Source: Heterodontus francisci
Taxonomy: Eukaryota
Assembly: GCF_036365525.1 (NCBI RefSeq)
Contig: NW_027140453.1
Location: forward strand, 558,001 to 622,000
Direction: 5' to 3'
DNA: 64,000 bases
Shown: piece after piece, positions 49,823 to 60,613 of the stretch
Numbering within the stretch: position 1 is the first letter of the stretch
Layout of the letters: the number at the start of each line of letters is the position of its first letter
The notes under the pieces: model-generated
Told to the model about the DNA's origin: nothing
The model's database searches: none
Seen by the model: only the letters and a program-made list of their open reading frames with translations
Made by a program: the position numbers and the translations under genes

Positions 49823-50302
49823 TGTATAAAATAGAGGGAGCTCCCTCTCTCTGCATAAAGTGGAGAGAGCTCCCTCTGTATGTATACAGTGGAGGAAGCT
49901 CCCTCTCTTTGTTTCAAGTGCAGGGAGCTCCCTCTCTATGTATAAAGTGGAGGGAGCTCATTCTCTATGTCTTAAATGGAGGGAGCTTCCTCTCTATGTA
50001 TAAAGAGGAGGGAACTCCCTCTCTATGTATATAGTTTAGGGAGCACCCTCTCTATGTATAAATTGGAGCGAGCTCCCCCTCTATGAATAAAATAGTGGGA
50101 GCTCCCCCTCTACGTATAAAGTGGAGGCAGCTCCCTCTCTATGTATAAAGTGGAGGCAGCTCCCTCTCTACGTATAAACTGGAGTGAGCACCCTCTGTAC
50201 GTATGCAGTAGAGCGAGCTCCCTCTCTATGTATACAGTGCAGTGAGCTCCCTCTCTACGTATAAAGTGGAGGGAGCTCTCGCTCTACGTATAAAGTGGAG
50301 GG
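49823..50302 (+). repeat. 29-bp minisatellite with an internal palindrome (gtggAGGGAGCTCCCTctctatgtataaa), ~16 copies
   Basis: Tandem units read directly. Confidence 0.92.
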
Positions 50303-51080
50303 CGAGTCAGGACAAAGGAGAGAGGGAAATGTAAACAAATGGAGTATTGGAGAGAAAAACGAAGTGAAAGACTGAGGGACAGTAGAGTTAGTAAAATTAG
50401 ACCTTGACAGAACCCCAGAAACAATGTCAATTGTCTGACCCGTCTGGTATTGGGGATTTAGTGTGAGTGCTTTAGGGCTGAGTTTTTGCTCAAACTGAAG
50501 TGACATTCCCAACAAGCGCAAGAGTTACAGATTCAAAATTAACAACGGAATGGCTCGAAGCATTGCTGTCCATGGAGAGAGGGAAACAGAGATGGAGGGA
50601 GAGAGACACAGACAGAATGGGACAGAGACAGAGGGAGAGAGAGACAGAGAGAGTGTGACAGGGCGGGATTAAATGAGAAACTTTAGATCTAATAATGTTT
50701 GAAAAAAGAGAAAATTAAAAACTAAAACTGGCTGTGTGCAAAAACTAAATTTGAAAGGAAACATTTGGGGTTTAGTGTGAGTGTTTTGGAGGGAACTGTT
50801 GGATCAGTGTTTCATATTTTCAAACTGCAGGGACAGTTATTATTGTGGACAATATATTATCAAAAATTGACAAACTTTAGAAGTAGGGGAAAAGGGAGAC
50901 AGGGTGTGAGGGGACCTTGACAGAACCTCAGTAAAAATCCCCATTATCTGCCCAGTCCTGTATTGGGGGTTTAGTGTGAGAGTTTAGGGAGCGTGTGTTG
51001 ATCAGTGTTTGATATTTTCAAACTGCAGTGACGTTCCCAGCAAGGCCAAGAATTGCAGGTTCAAAATTAACCAATAAATG

Positions 51081-51423
51081 TTTAGTTTAGAGATACAGCT
51101 CTGAAACAGGCCCTTCGGCCCACCGAGTCTGTGCCGACCATCAACCACCATTTATATACTAATCCTACACTAATTCCATATTCCTACCACATCCCCACCT
51201 GTCCCTATATTTCCCGACCACCTACGTATACTAGGGACAATTTATAATGGCCAATTTACCTATCAACCTGCAAGTCTTTGGCATGTCGGGGGAAACCGGA
51301 GCACCCAGAGGAAACCCACGCAGACACAGGGAAAACTTGCAAACTCCACACAGGCAGAATTGAACCCGGGTCGCTGGAGATCTGAGGCTGCGGTGCTAAC
51401 CACTGCGCCACTGTGCCACCCAC
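51081..51423 (-). mobile_element. V-SINE (HE1-like), full length with a CR1-like tail
   Basis: Head ggtggcacagtggcgcagtggttagcac, V-domain, and a 3' ggccgaagggcctgtttc...(ctaaa)n tail shared with CR1. Confidence 0.9.
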
Positions 51424-51795
51424 ATATTTTCAAACTGCAGGGACGTCCCCAGCAAGGGCAAGAATTGCAGGTTCAAAATTAACCAATAAATGGACGAAAC
51501 CATTTCTGTCCAAGGAGAGAGAGAGGGAGAGATGGTGTGAGAGAGGCACAGGCACAGTCATGGACTGCGGCGGGGAAAGAGGGAGAAGGAGATCGAGGGA
51601 GAGAGAGAAAGAGATGGAGAGAGACAGACATGAGAGGCAGAGACAAATAGAGGATGAGACAAGATGTAACAGTCAGTAACAATCCTCATTATCTGCCCAG
51701 TCCTGTGTTGGGAGTTTAGTGTGAATGTTTTACGCGTGAGTGTTGGATCAGTGTTTGATATTTTCACACTGCAGTGACCTTCCCAACAAGGCAGG

Positions 51796-52396
51796 TATAG
51801 AATAGAAGAGCTTGGAGGTTATGCTGAAACTGCATAACCCATTGGTTAGACCACAACTCGAGTACTGTGTGCAGTTCTGGTCACATCGTTACAGAAAGGA
51901 TGCAATTGCACTGGAGAGGGTACAGAGGAGATTTACGAGGATGTTGCCAGAACTGGAAAATGCAGCTATGAGGGAAGATTGGATCGGCTGTGGCTGTTCT
52001 CCTTGGCACAGAGAAGGCTGACGGGAGATCTGACTGAAATGTGAAGGGCTTGGATAGAGTGGAAGTGAAGGGTCGATTCACCTTAGTAGAGAGCTCAGCG
52101 ATGAAGGGGCATAGACTTAAAGTGATTGGTAGAAAGATTAGAAGGGAGATGAGGAAAATATTTTTCACTCAGAGGGTGGTGAGGGTCTGGAACAGATGGC
52201 CTGAAAGGGGAGTTGAGGCGGAAAACCTCAAGTCATTCAAAAGGAGTCTGGATATGCACCTCAAGTGCCTGAATCTACAGGGCTACGGAACAAAGGGTGG
52301 CAGGTGGGATTAGAGTAGGAAGATCGTTATTTGTCTGGCACAGATACGATGAGACAAGTGGCCTCTTTCTGTGCCTTAAAATTTCTGTGATTCTAA
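51796..52396 (+). mobile_element. CR1 LINE 3' fragment
   Basis: LVRPQLEYCVQFWS and FTQRVVRVWN motifs. Confidence 0.88.
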
Positions 52397-52454
52397 AGGA
52401 AAGAGTTACTGGTTCTAAATTAACAAAGACATGTCTGAAAGCATTGCTGTCCTG

Positions 52455-53285
52455 GGACAGAGAGAGGAAGGGAGAGATGAAAAGAGAGAGAGAGCGAGAG
52501 AGAGGCAGAGAAATAGGGGGAAGGGAGAGACAGAGAGAGAGGGAGAGACAGAGAGAGAGGGAAGAAACAGACCGAGAGACAGGGGGGAGACAGAGACAGA
52601 GCGAGAAAGAGAAACAGAGACAGAGAAGGAGGGAGAGACAGAAGCAGCGGAAATCGAGACAGGGAAGACAGAGACAGCGAGGGAGATAAAGAAAGACCGA
52701 AAGGGAGCGGCACAGAGAGAGAGGGAGGGAGAGGGGGAGGGGCAGAGGGAGAGGGAAAGACAGACGGAGGGACAGACAGAGAGGGGAGACAGAGAAGGTG
52801 GGAGAGACAGAAACAGGGGAGATAGAGACAAGGGAGACAGAGGGGAGGGAAATTCAGACAGAGAGGGAGTGGCAGAGAGAGGGATAGAGCGGTAGAGGGA
52901 GAGAGGGAGGGACAGAGGGAGAGGGAAAGACAGACAGAGGGACAGATGCAGACGGAGAGACAGAGACAGAGAGAACGATTGGGAGAGACAGAGATTGGGG
53001 GAGACAGGGTAGAGGGAGAGACCGAGACAAAGAGAAAGATGGGAGAGATAGGGATTGGCAGAGAGAGGGAGAGTGAAAGCAGGAGAGACCAAGAGAGAGC
53101 GAGGCAGAGCGGGAGAGACAGAGGGAGGTACAGAGGGAGGGACAGAGGGAGAGACAGACAGAGAGACAGAGAGAGAGACAGAGAGAGACGGGGAGACCGA
53201 GAGAGAGAGAGACAGGGCAAAGAGAGAGAGAGAGGGAGTAAGAGAGTGAAGATAGAAAAATAGAGAGAGACAGAGATAGAGAGTG
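52455..53285 (+). repeat. GA-rich low-complexity tract
   Basis: (GA)n-derived composition. Confidence 0.85.
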
Positions 53286-53289
53286 GGCA

Positions 53290-54690
53290 GACTACCAGAG
53301 CAACTTTAGGTCAGTTATTTTAACTTTGGTGGTAGAAAATATCCAGAAAAAATAATTCGGATCACCATCAATAGTCACATGGATAAATGTGAGTTAATTC
53401 AGGAAAGGCAGTATGGATTTCATAAGGGAAAATCATGTTTAACAAACTGGCTGGAGTTTTTTGAGGAGGTAACTGAGAGGGTTGATGAGGGCAATGTTGT
53501 TGATGTGGTGTACATGGATTTTCAAAAGGCGTTTGATACAGTGCCACACAACAGACGTGTGAGCAAACTTGTAGCTCATAGAATAAATACTACGGTAGCA
53601 ACATGGATACGGAATTGGCTGAGTGGCAGGAAACAAAGAGTTGTGATTAATGGATGTTTTTCAGGCTGAATGAAGTTTTGTAGTGGAGTTCCCCAGGGGT
53701 CAGGGTTGGGACCCTTGAGTTTCTTCATATGTATATTAATGACCGAGACCTCGGTGTACAGGGCACAATTTCAAAGTTTGCAGATGATACGAAACTTGGA
53801 AGCATTGTGAACTGTGAGGACGATAGTGACGAATTTCAAAAAGACATAGACAAGTTGGTGGAATGGGCAGGCAGGTGGCAGATAACGTTCAATGCATAGA
53901 AATGTGAAGTGATTCATTTTGGTAGGAAGAACATGGAGTGACAATATAGAATAAAGGGAACAATTCCAAAGTGGGAGCAGGAGCAGAGGGACCTGGGTGT
54001 AAATGTACAGAAGTCATTGAAAGTGGCAGTCAGGTTGAGAGAGTGGTTAATAAAGCATACAGTATCCTGGGATTTATTAATAGGGGCACAGAGTACAAGA
54101 GCAAGGAGGTTATGTAGAACTTGTATTAGACACTAGTTCATCCTCAACACGAGTATTGCGTCCATTTCTGAGAGCCACACTTTAGGAAAGATGTGAGGGC
54201 ATTGGACAGAGTACAGAAGAGATTCACGAGAATGGTTCCAGGGATGAGGAATTTCAGTTATGAAGATAGATTGGAGAAGTTAGGACTGTTTTCCTTGGAG
54301 AAGAGAAGGCTGAGAGGTGATTTGATAGAAGTATTCAACATCATGAGGGATCTGGACAGAGCAGATAGGGAGAAACTGTTCCCACTTGTGAAAGGATCGA
54401 GAACGAGATGACACAGACAGAAAATATTTGGTCAGAGAAGCAAAAGTGACATGGGGAAAATCTTTTTCATGCAGTGTGTGGTTAATGTCTGGAATGCGCT
54501 GCCTGAGAACGTGGTGGAGGCAGGTTCAATTGAAGCATTCAAAAGGGAATTAGACAGTGATATGAAAAGGAAGAATGTGCAGGGTTATGAAGAGAAGGCA
54601 GGGTAATGGAACTGAGAGAATTGCACTCTCGGAAATCCAGTGCAGACAAGATGGCCCGAATGGCCTCCTTAAGCACTGCAACAACTCTGA
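53290..54690 (+). mobile_element. CR1 LINE RT/3' fragment (degenerate)
   Basis: QYGFHKGKSCLTN, DFQKAFDTV, FADDTK and LGLFSLEKRRLRGDLIEVF motifs. Confidence 0.9.
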
Positions 54691-55129
54691 TACAGAGGCA
54701 GAGAAAGAGAGAAGGGGAGAGACAGAGAGAGAGGCAGAGGGAGAGAGAGCATGTGAGAGAGACAGAGACAGAGAAGGTGAAACAGAGAGAGGGGCAGGCA
54801 GTGGCAAAGTNNNNNNNNNNNNNNNNNNNNNNNNNNNNNNNNNNNNNNNNNNNNNNNNNNNNNNNNNNNNNNNNNNNNNNNNNNNNNNNNNNNNNNNNNN
54901 NNNNNNNNNNNNNNNNNNNNNNNNNNNNNNNNNNNNNNNNNNNNNNNNNNNNNNNNNNAGGAGACAGCGTGGGAGGGAGAGATGATGTGAGAGAAAAACA
55001 GAGTAAAGTATTCAGACAGAATAAGAGTGACAGAGAGAGGGAGAGACAGTGACAAGGAGAGGGTCAAAGAGAGACAGAGACAGAAAGAGAGAAGGAGAGG
55101 CACAGAAAGGGAGAGCGAGAAAGAGAGAG

Positions 55130-57066
55130 AGATATCACACGGTGGAGATACAATAATAAGAGAACCACACAGAGACACTCCCTGCGGAGATACTATAATA
55201 ACAGACCCACTCAGTCACTCTCCTTTGTGGAGATGCTATGATAACAGACCCACTCAGTAGCTCTCCCAGTGGAGATACTATAATAACAGACACACTCACA
55301 GACTCTCTCTCTAACGATACTATAATAACAGACTCACTCGGTGACTCTCCCTGTCGAGATACTATGATTACAGACGCACTCAGTGAATCTCCCTGTGGAG
55401 ATACTGCAATTTCAGATCTACTCACTGACTCTCCTTGTGGTGATAGTTTAAGAACAGACCCACTCAATGATTGTCCCAGTTGAGATACGATATTTACAGA
55501 CCCACTCAGTAACTCTCCCTGTGGAGATACGATAATAACAGACCAACTCAGTGACACTCCTTGTGGAGATACTATAATAACAGTGCAACTCAGTGACTCT
55601 CCTTGTGGATATACTATAATAACAGACCCACTCAGTGACTCTCCCTGTGGAGATAGTGTAATAACAGACCCACTCAGTGACTCTCCCTGTGGACATGCGA
55701 CAGCAACAGACCCACTCAATGATTGTCCCAGTTGAGATACTATAATTGCAGACCGACACAGTGACTCCCCTCATGGAGATGCAATAATAACAGACCCACT
55801 CAGTGACTCTCCCTGTGGAGATACTATAATAACAGACCCACTCAGTGACTCTCTCTGTGGAGATACTATAATAACAGACCGACTCAGTGACTCTCCCTGT
55901 GGAGATACTATAATAACAGACCCAATCAGTGACTCTCCCTGTGGAGATACTATAATAACTGACCGACTCAGTGACTCTCCCTGTGCAGAGACTGCAATAA
56001 CAGACATAATCATTAACTCTCCCTGTGGAGATACTGTAATACCAGAGACACTCAGTGACACTCCCACTGGAGATACCATAATAACAGACACACTCAGTTT
56101 CTCTCCCTGTGGAGATACTATAATAACAGACCCACTCAATGACTCTCCGCGAGGAGGTACTATAATAAGAGACACAATCATACACTCTCCCTGTGGAGAT
56201 ACTATAATAACAGATCCACTCAGAAACACTCCCTGTGGAGATACTATAATAACAGACCAACTCAGTGACTCTCCCTGCGGAGATTCTATAATAACAGACA
56301 CAATAATTCAGTCTCCCTGTGGAGATACTATAATACCAGAGAGACTCAGTGACTCTCCCTGTGTAGATAATACAAAAACAGACCCACTCAGTGGCTCCCC
56401 CTGTGCAGATGCTAAAGAAACAGATTCACACAGTGACTCTCCCTGTGGAGATACTACAACAACAGAGACACTTACTGACTCTCCCACTTGAGATACTATA
56501 ATAACAGACATAATCATTCACCATCCCTGCGGAGATACTATAATAACAGCCGCACTCAGAGACTCTCCCTCAGGAGATACTATAATAACAGACCAACTCA
56601 GTGACCCTCCTTGTGGAGATATTATAATAACAGACCCACTCAGTGACTCTCACTGTGGAGACACTGTAATTTCAGATCCACTCACTGACACTGCCTGTGG
56701 TGATAGTATAAGAACAGACCCACTCAATGAATGTCCCAGTTGAGATACTATAATTACAGAGAGACACAGTGACTCTCCCTGTGGAGATGCAATAATAACA
56801 GACACAATCATTCACTCTCCCTGTGGAGATGCAATAATAACAGACCCACAAAGTGACTCTCACTGTGGAAATACTATAATAACATACCCACTCAGTGACT
56901 CTCCTTGTGGAGATACTATAACAACAGACGCACTCAGTGACTCTCCCTTTGGAGATACACTAATAACAGACCGACTCCACTGGGAGATTCACTGAGTGGG
57001 TCTGTTATTATAATATCTCCACAGGGAGAGTCACTGAGTGGGTCTGTTATTATAGTATCTGCACGG
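55130..57066 (+). repeat. 42-bp satellite (cagacccactcagtgactctccctgtggagatactataataa), ~44 copies; the last ~2 units are inverted
   Basis: Tandem units read directly; reverse-complement units at ~56985-57066. Confidence 0.95.
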
Positions 57067-57079
57067 GGTGCAGATACTC

Positions 57080-57545
57080 TGTAAACTCCCACCCTGACCT
57101 CTCTGTCCTCGACCTCCTTCTCTGCTCCAATGAAGCTCAACAGAAACTCGAAGAACAGCACCTCATCTTTCAATTGGGCACTTTACAGCTTTCTGAACTC
57201 AACAGCTAGTTTAACAATTTCTGATCATAACCACTGCTCCGGTTTATTTGGACAGAGGCTTGTTGGTAATGATTGTGTTTCTGCCAGTTCTGCCTCTTCT
57301 AGACCCATCTTTTGTTCTTTACTTGACCCATTAACTTCCCCTTTGTCTTGCACCAGCCTCAGTTTTGTTATTCAATCTATTTTGCATTTCTCCCATTCCC
57401 CGTCTCTCTGACTTTGTGCTGCTTAAAAGTTAATAGATCTGTAAATCCTTCCAGTTCTGCTGAAAGATCTACGACCTGATATGCTAATATTTTTTCTCCC
57501 TCCACAGAGGCTGTCTGATCTGATTAACATTTCCATCCTTATTTA
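57080..57545 (+). mobile_element. Penelope-like element 3' fragment (GIY-YIG C-terminus and 3' repeat)
   Basis: DLSVLDLLLCSNEAQQKLEEQHLIFQLGTLQLSELN resembles the Penelope endonuclease C-terminus (..E..LI..LGTL.P.GLN). Confidence 0.7.
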
Positions 57546-57740
57546 TTTATAACCCAGAAATGCAACGAGCACCAATATAGTGACAGAGCACCCAGAACCG
57601 AAACCATCCAGCATCTGCGGGACCTTGTGTTCAGTTCACCAGTCTGTAACAGGGATGTAGTTACTTAATTATCAGGAGCGGTTCATAGACAAGTTTCAAA
57701 GTCCCTATTGAAACATCATCAATAATCTGATCCTTATCAC

Positions 57741-57786
57741 GGTCCAACACCGCCCTCTGCTGTCACTGTGGAGAAAGACAACACTG
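57741..57786 (-). promoter_or_regulatory. CTCF-like element downstream of the 59-kb V segment (core 57751-57762)
   Basis: Minus strand gtgttgtctttctccacagtgaCAGCAGAGGGCGgtgttggacc. Confidence 0.6.
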
Positions 57787-57835
57787 TCAGTGAATAAACC
57801 ACAACAGTGTCTGTATATCTATTTACCTATCTATC

Positions 57836-58627
57836 NNNNNNNNNNNNNNNNNNNNNNNNNNNNNNNNNNNNNNNNNNNNNNNNNNNNNNNNNNNNNNNNN
57901 NNNNNNNNNNNNNNNNNNNNNNNNNNNNNNNNNNNNNNNNNNNNNNNNNNNNNNNNNNNNNNNNNNNNNNNNNNNNNNNNNNNNNNNNNNNNNNNNNNNN
58001 NNNNNNNNNNNNNNNNNNNNNNNNNNNNNNNNNNNNNNNNNNNNNNNNNNNNNNNNNNNNNNNNNNNNNNNNNNNNNNNNNNNNNNNNNNNNNNNNNNNN
58101 NNNNNNNNNNNNNNNNNNNNNNNNNNNNNNNNNNNNNNNNNNNNNNNNNNNNNNNNNNNNNNNNNNNNNNNNNNNNNNNNNNNNNNNNNNNNNNNNNNNN
58201 NNNNNNNNNNNNNNNNNNNNNNNNNNNNNNNNNNNNNNNNNNNNNNNNNNNNNNNNNNNNNNNNNNNNNNNNNNNNNNNNNNNNNNNNNNNNNNNNNNNN
58301 NNNNNNNNNNNNNNNNNNNNNNNNNNNNNNNNNNNNNNNTATCTNNNNNNNNNNNNNNNNNNNNNNNNNNNNNNNNNNNNNNNNNNNNNNNNNNNNNNNN
58401 NNNNNNNNNNNNNNNNNNNNNNNNNNNNNNNNNNNNNNNNNNNNNNNNNNNNNNNNNNNNNNNNNNNNNNNNNNNNNNNNNNNNNNNNNNNNNNNNNNNN
58501 NNNNNNNNNNNNNNNNNNNNNNNNNNNNNNNNNNNNNNNNNNNNNNNNNNNNNNNNNNNNNNNNNNNNNNNNNNNNNNNNNNNNNNNNNNNNNNNNNNNN
58601 NNNNNNNNNNNNNNNNNNNNNNNNNNN
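57836..58627. other. N-gap or masked block; the others are 32878-33007 and 54811-54958
   Basis: Runs of n; this one starts in a (tatc)n tract. Confidence 0.99.
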
Positions 58628-58904
58628 CATTAAACCCTTTCAGAATCTCTCGAAGAACACAAAAGGTTTATCCTTCAGTCTTCTCTTTTCTGGTTCAGAC
58701 TACTTTGATCGCTATAACTTCTCAGTATCGGTATCATTCCTCGAAATTCTATCTCGCAATTTTCCACTGTCTCGAAATCTAATCTCTTTCTATCTAAATC
58801 CGCCCTGTCTTCTTGTGAAAAACATGTTCCCAATGACAAAAACACCCAGCAGGATGCAGCACCGTCTGGGTTTATCTGAAACAGGTGTTTCCTGTTGCCT
58901 TTGG

Positions 58905-58943
58905 GGTTTTTGTTGAACTGCTCCATCTCTCTGAGTCACTGTT
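58905..58943 (-). other. 23-RSS with a defective heptamer (AACAGTG)
   Basis: AACAGTG + actcagagagatggagcagttca (23 nt) + ACAAAAACC. Confidence 0.9.
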
Positions 58944-59396
58944 AGGACTCCAGGCACAGAAATACACGGCCGAGTGATTCTCCCGCAGGCTGGAGGACTC
59001 CAGGTTGAACTGGGAGTCAGTTGGTCTCTCGGCGGTGAAACCGCCCACCGTCCCCTCTGGATCTACATAGTTAGCAGTACTGGAGTAAAACATCAACAGC
59101 GGCTCCTTCCCCGGATATTGTCTGTACCAGTACATTCCAGCAGTACTGGTGCCCTCCAATGTGCACCTCAGTTCCACTGCCTCTCCACGCAATCTGGAGA
59201 CTGCGGCGGGAGTCTGGTGGATCGTCTGTGAGTTCACATCTGGGAGAGAGATGGAGAGAAGAGCAGATCAGTAAACAGGAAACTTCTGGGAATGAAAGGG
59301 AGACAGGGAGAAGAGAGGAAAGTTATTAACGATAATCTTTGCATTTCACACTCACTTACAATGAAACAGGATTATCAGACACAGTAATAGATTCAT
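58944..59396 (-). CDS. TRBV: TCR beta V segment, TRBV30-like, open reading frame (leader 59360-59396, V exon 58944-59239)
   Basis: MNLLLCLIILFH|gtaagt ... cccag| YVNSQTIHQTPAAVSRLRGEAVELRCTLEGTSTAGMYWYRQYPGKEPLLMFYS...RPTDSQFNLESSSLRENHSAVYFCAWS. Both Cys and the Trp are intact. Confidence 0.95.
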
Positions 59397-60195
59397 CTTT
59401 CACGACAACTTGTTCTCTTAATAGACACAGGAGTGAGATCAGGAGCTTAGAGTCTTGTAACGGTCCAAATCCACTCTTTTCAAATCATTGGGAGGAACAT
59501 GAAGAGCATTAGGATGTGATACAATGTTGGAGACGCCCATTCACCCAGTTCAACAAATCAGAATTGAATTGGCTGCCATTCTGCTTCTCTCTCTCTCTAT
59601 CTATCTCTATCTCAGTTTACCTTCCGCTCTCTTGCACTCTCTCTCTGTCTCTCTCTCTCTCTCCCCTCATGTGTCTAGGTTTATGTCTCTCACTCTCTTC
59701 CTTTCTCAGACTCTCTCTCCCTCTCTAACTCAGTTTATCTTCACTCACTTTCTCTCTCTGACTCTCTGTCTCCTCATGTATCTAAGGTTATGTCACCCAT
59801 TCCCTCCTTCTCTCTCTCTCCCTCTCTCTTACTCTTCTTATCTCTTCAGTTTTTTTCCCTCTCTCTGTCTCTCTCTAGATCTATCTCCCTATCTGTCGCA
59901 GGTTCTTTATCTCAGTCACTCTTTCTCTCTCAGTGTCTTTCTCTCTCTCATTATGTGTCTCTTGCTGTCTCACTGTCTTTGCCTCTATCTCCGTCTCCCT
60001 CTCTGTCTCAGTCTCTTTAACTCTACCTGTCGTTTTTCCTCTCTCTCACTAGATCTCTCTCTCACACACACATACACTCTCTTTCTCTCTCTAACGAAGT
60101 GGGTGTCCTTGTCCTGTTGATGTGTATCAAGCTGGATCTACATGATCTCCTGCTCTTTCAGTTTTCTCACTAAATCCTTCTCAAAGCCATTGTCC

Positions 60196-60248
60196 GGTCC
60201 ATGGTGCTGGATCCCCCTCTGCTGTCCCTGTGGAGAAGGTAAACACAG
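60196..60248 (-). promoter_or_regulatory. CTCF-like element ~265 bp downstream of the 60.5-kb V RSS (core 60213-60224)
   Basis: Minus strand gtgtttaccttctccacagggaCAGCAGAGGGGGatccagcaccatggacc, homologous to 57741-57786. Confidence 0.5.
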
Positions 60249-60487
60249 GGCCAGTGCATAAAAACCCAGATTATTGTCATTGATTCCTGATAGTTACATT
60301 CTGAAATCTCGTGACATCCTTATGAATCGTTCATTGCACCCTCGGCAGTACCTGTAAATCTAGTGTGTCACTACAATCATAACTCAACTCTTTTTATTGC
60401 AATAAACACTGTCACTCTGAATAAGGGAACAGTAGGTCAAGGTACCGAGCAATTTTATCTGAAACAGGTGTTTCCTGCTGCCTTTGT

Positions 60488-60613
60488 TTTTTTTGTTGAA
60501 CTGCTCCATCTCTCTGAGTCACTGTGATCTCTCCAGGCACAGAAATACACGGCCGAGTGATTCTCCCGCAGGCTGGAGGTCTCCAGTTTAAAGTTGTATT
60601 TATTTAGTCTTTG
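60488..60613 (-). pseudogene. TRBV: Truncated TRBV30-like V (FR3 only, 60527-60613) with 23-RSS (60488-60526)
   Basis: QRLNKYNFKLETSSLRENHSAVYFCAWRD, then CACAGTG + 23 nt + ACAAAAAAA. The 5' part is replaced by CR1 sequence from ~60614. Confidence 0.9.

Noticed and set aside
49823-50302. CRISPR-like palindromic 29-bp repeats
   Set aside because: Head-to-tail units without unique spacers, no cas genes, and vertebrate context.
51340-51423. tRNA gene-like A/B boxes (also ~7800-7872 and ~62215-62300)
   Set aside because: These are SINE heads continuing into SINE bodies, not complete cloverleaf tRNAs.
55135-56863. ORFs with 14-aa periodicity (e.g. VCYYSISTGRVTEW)
   Set aside because: Consequence of the 42-bp satellite unit; no start context, splice structure or domain.
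57764-57770. CACAGTG heptamer on the minus strand
   Set aside because: No nonamer at either spacing; it is part of the CTCF-like element, and the homologous copies read cacaggg/ccagggg.
57790-58916. Long ORFs spanning X runs
   Set aside because: Artefacts of translating N-gaps.
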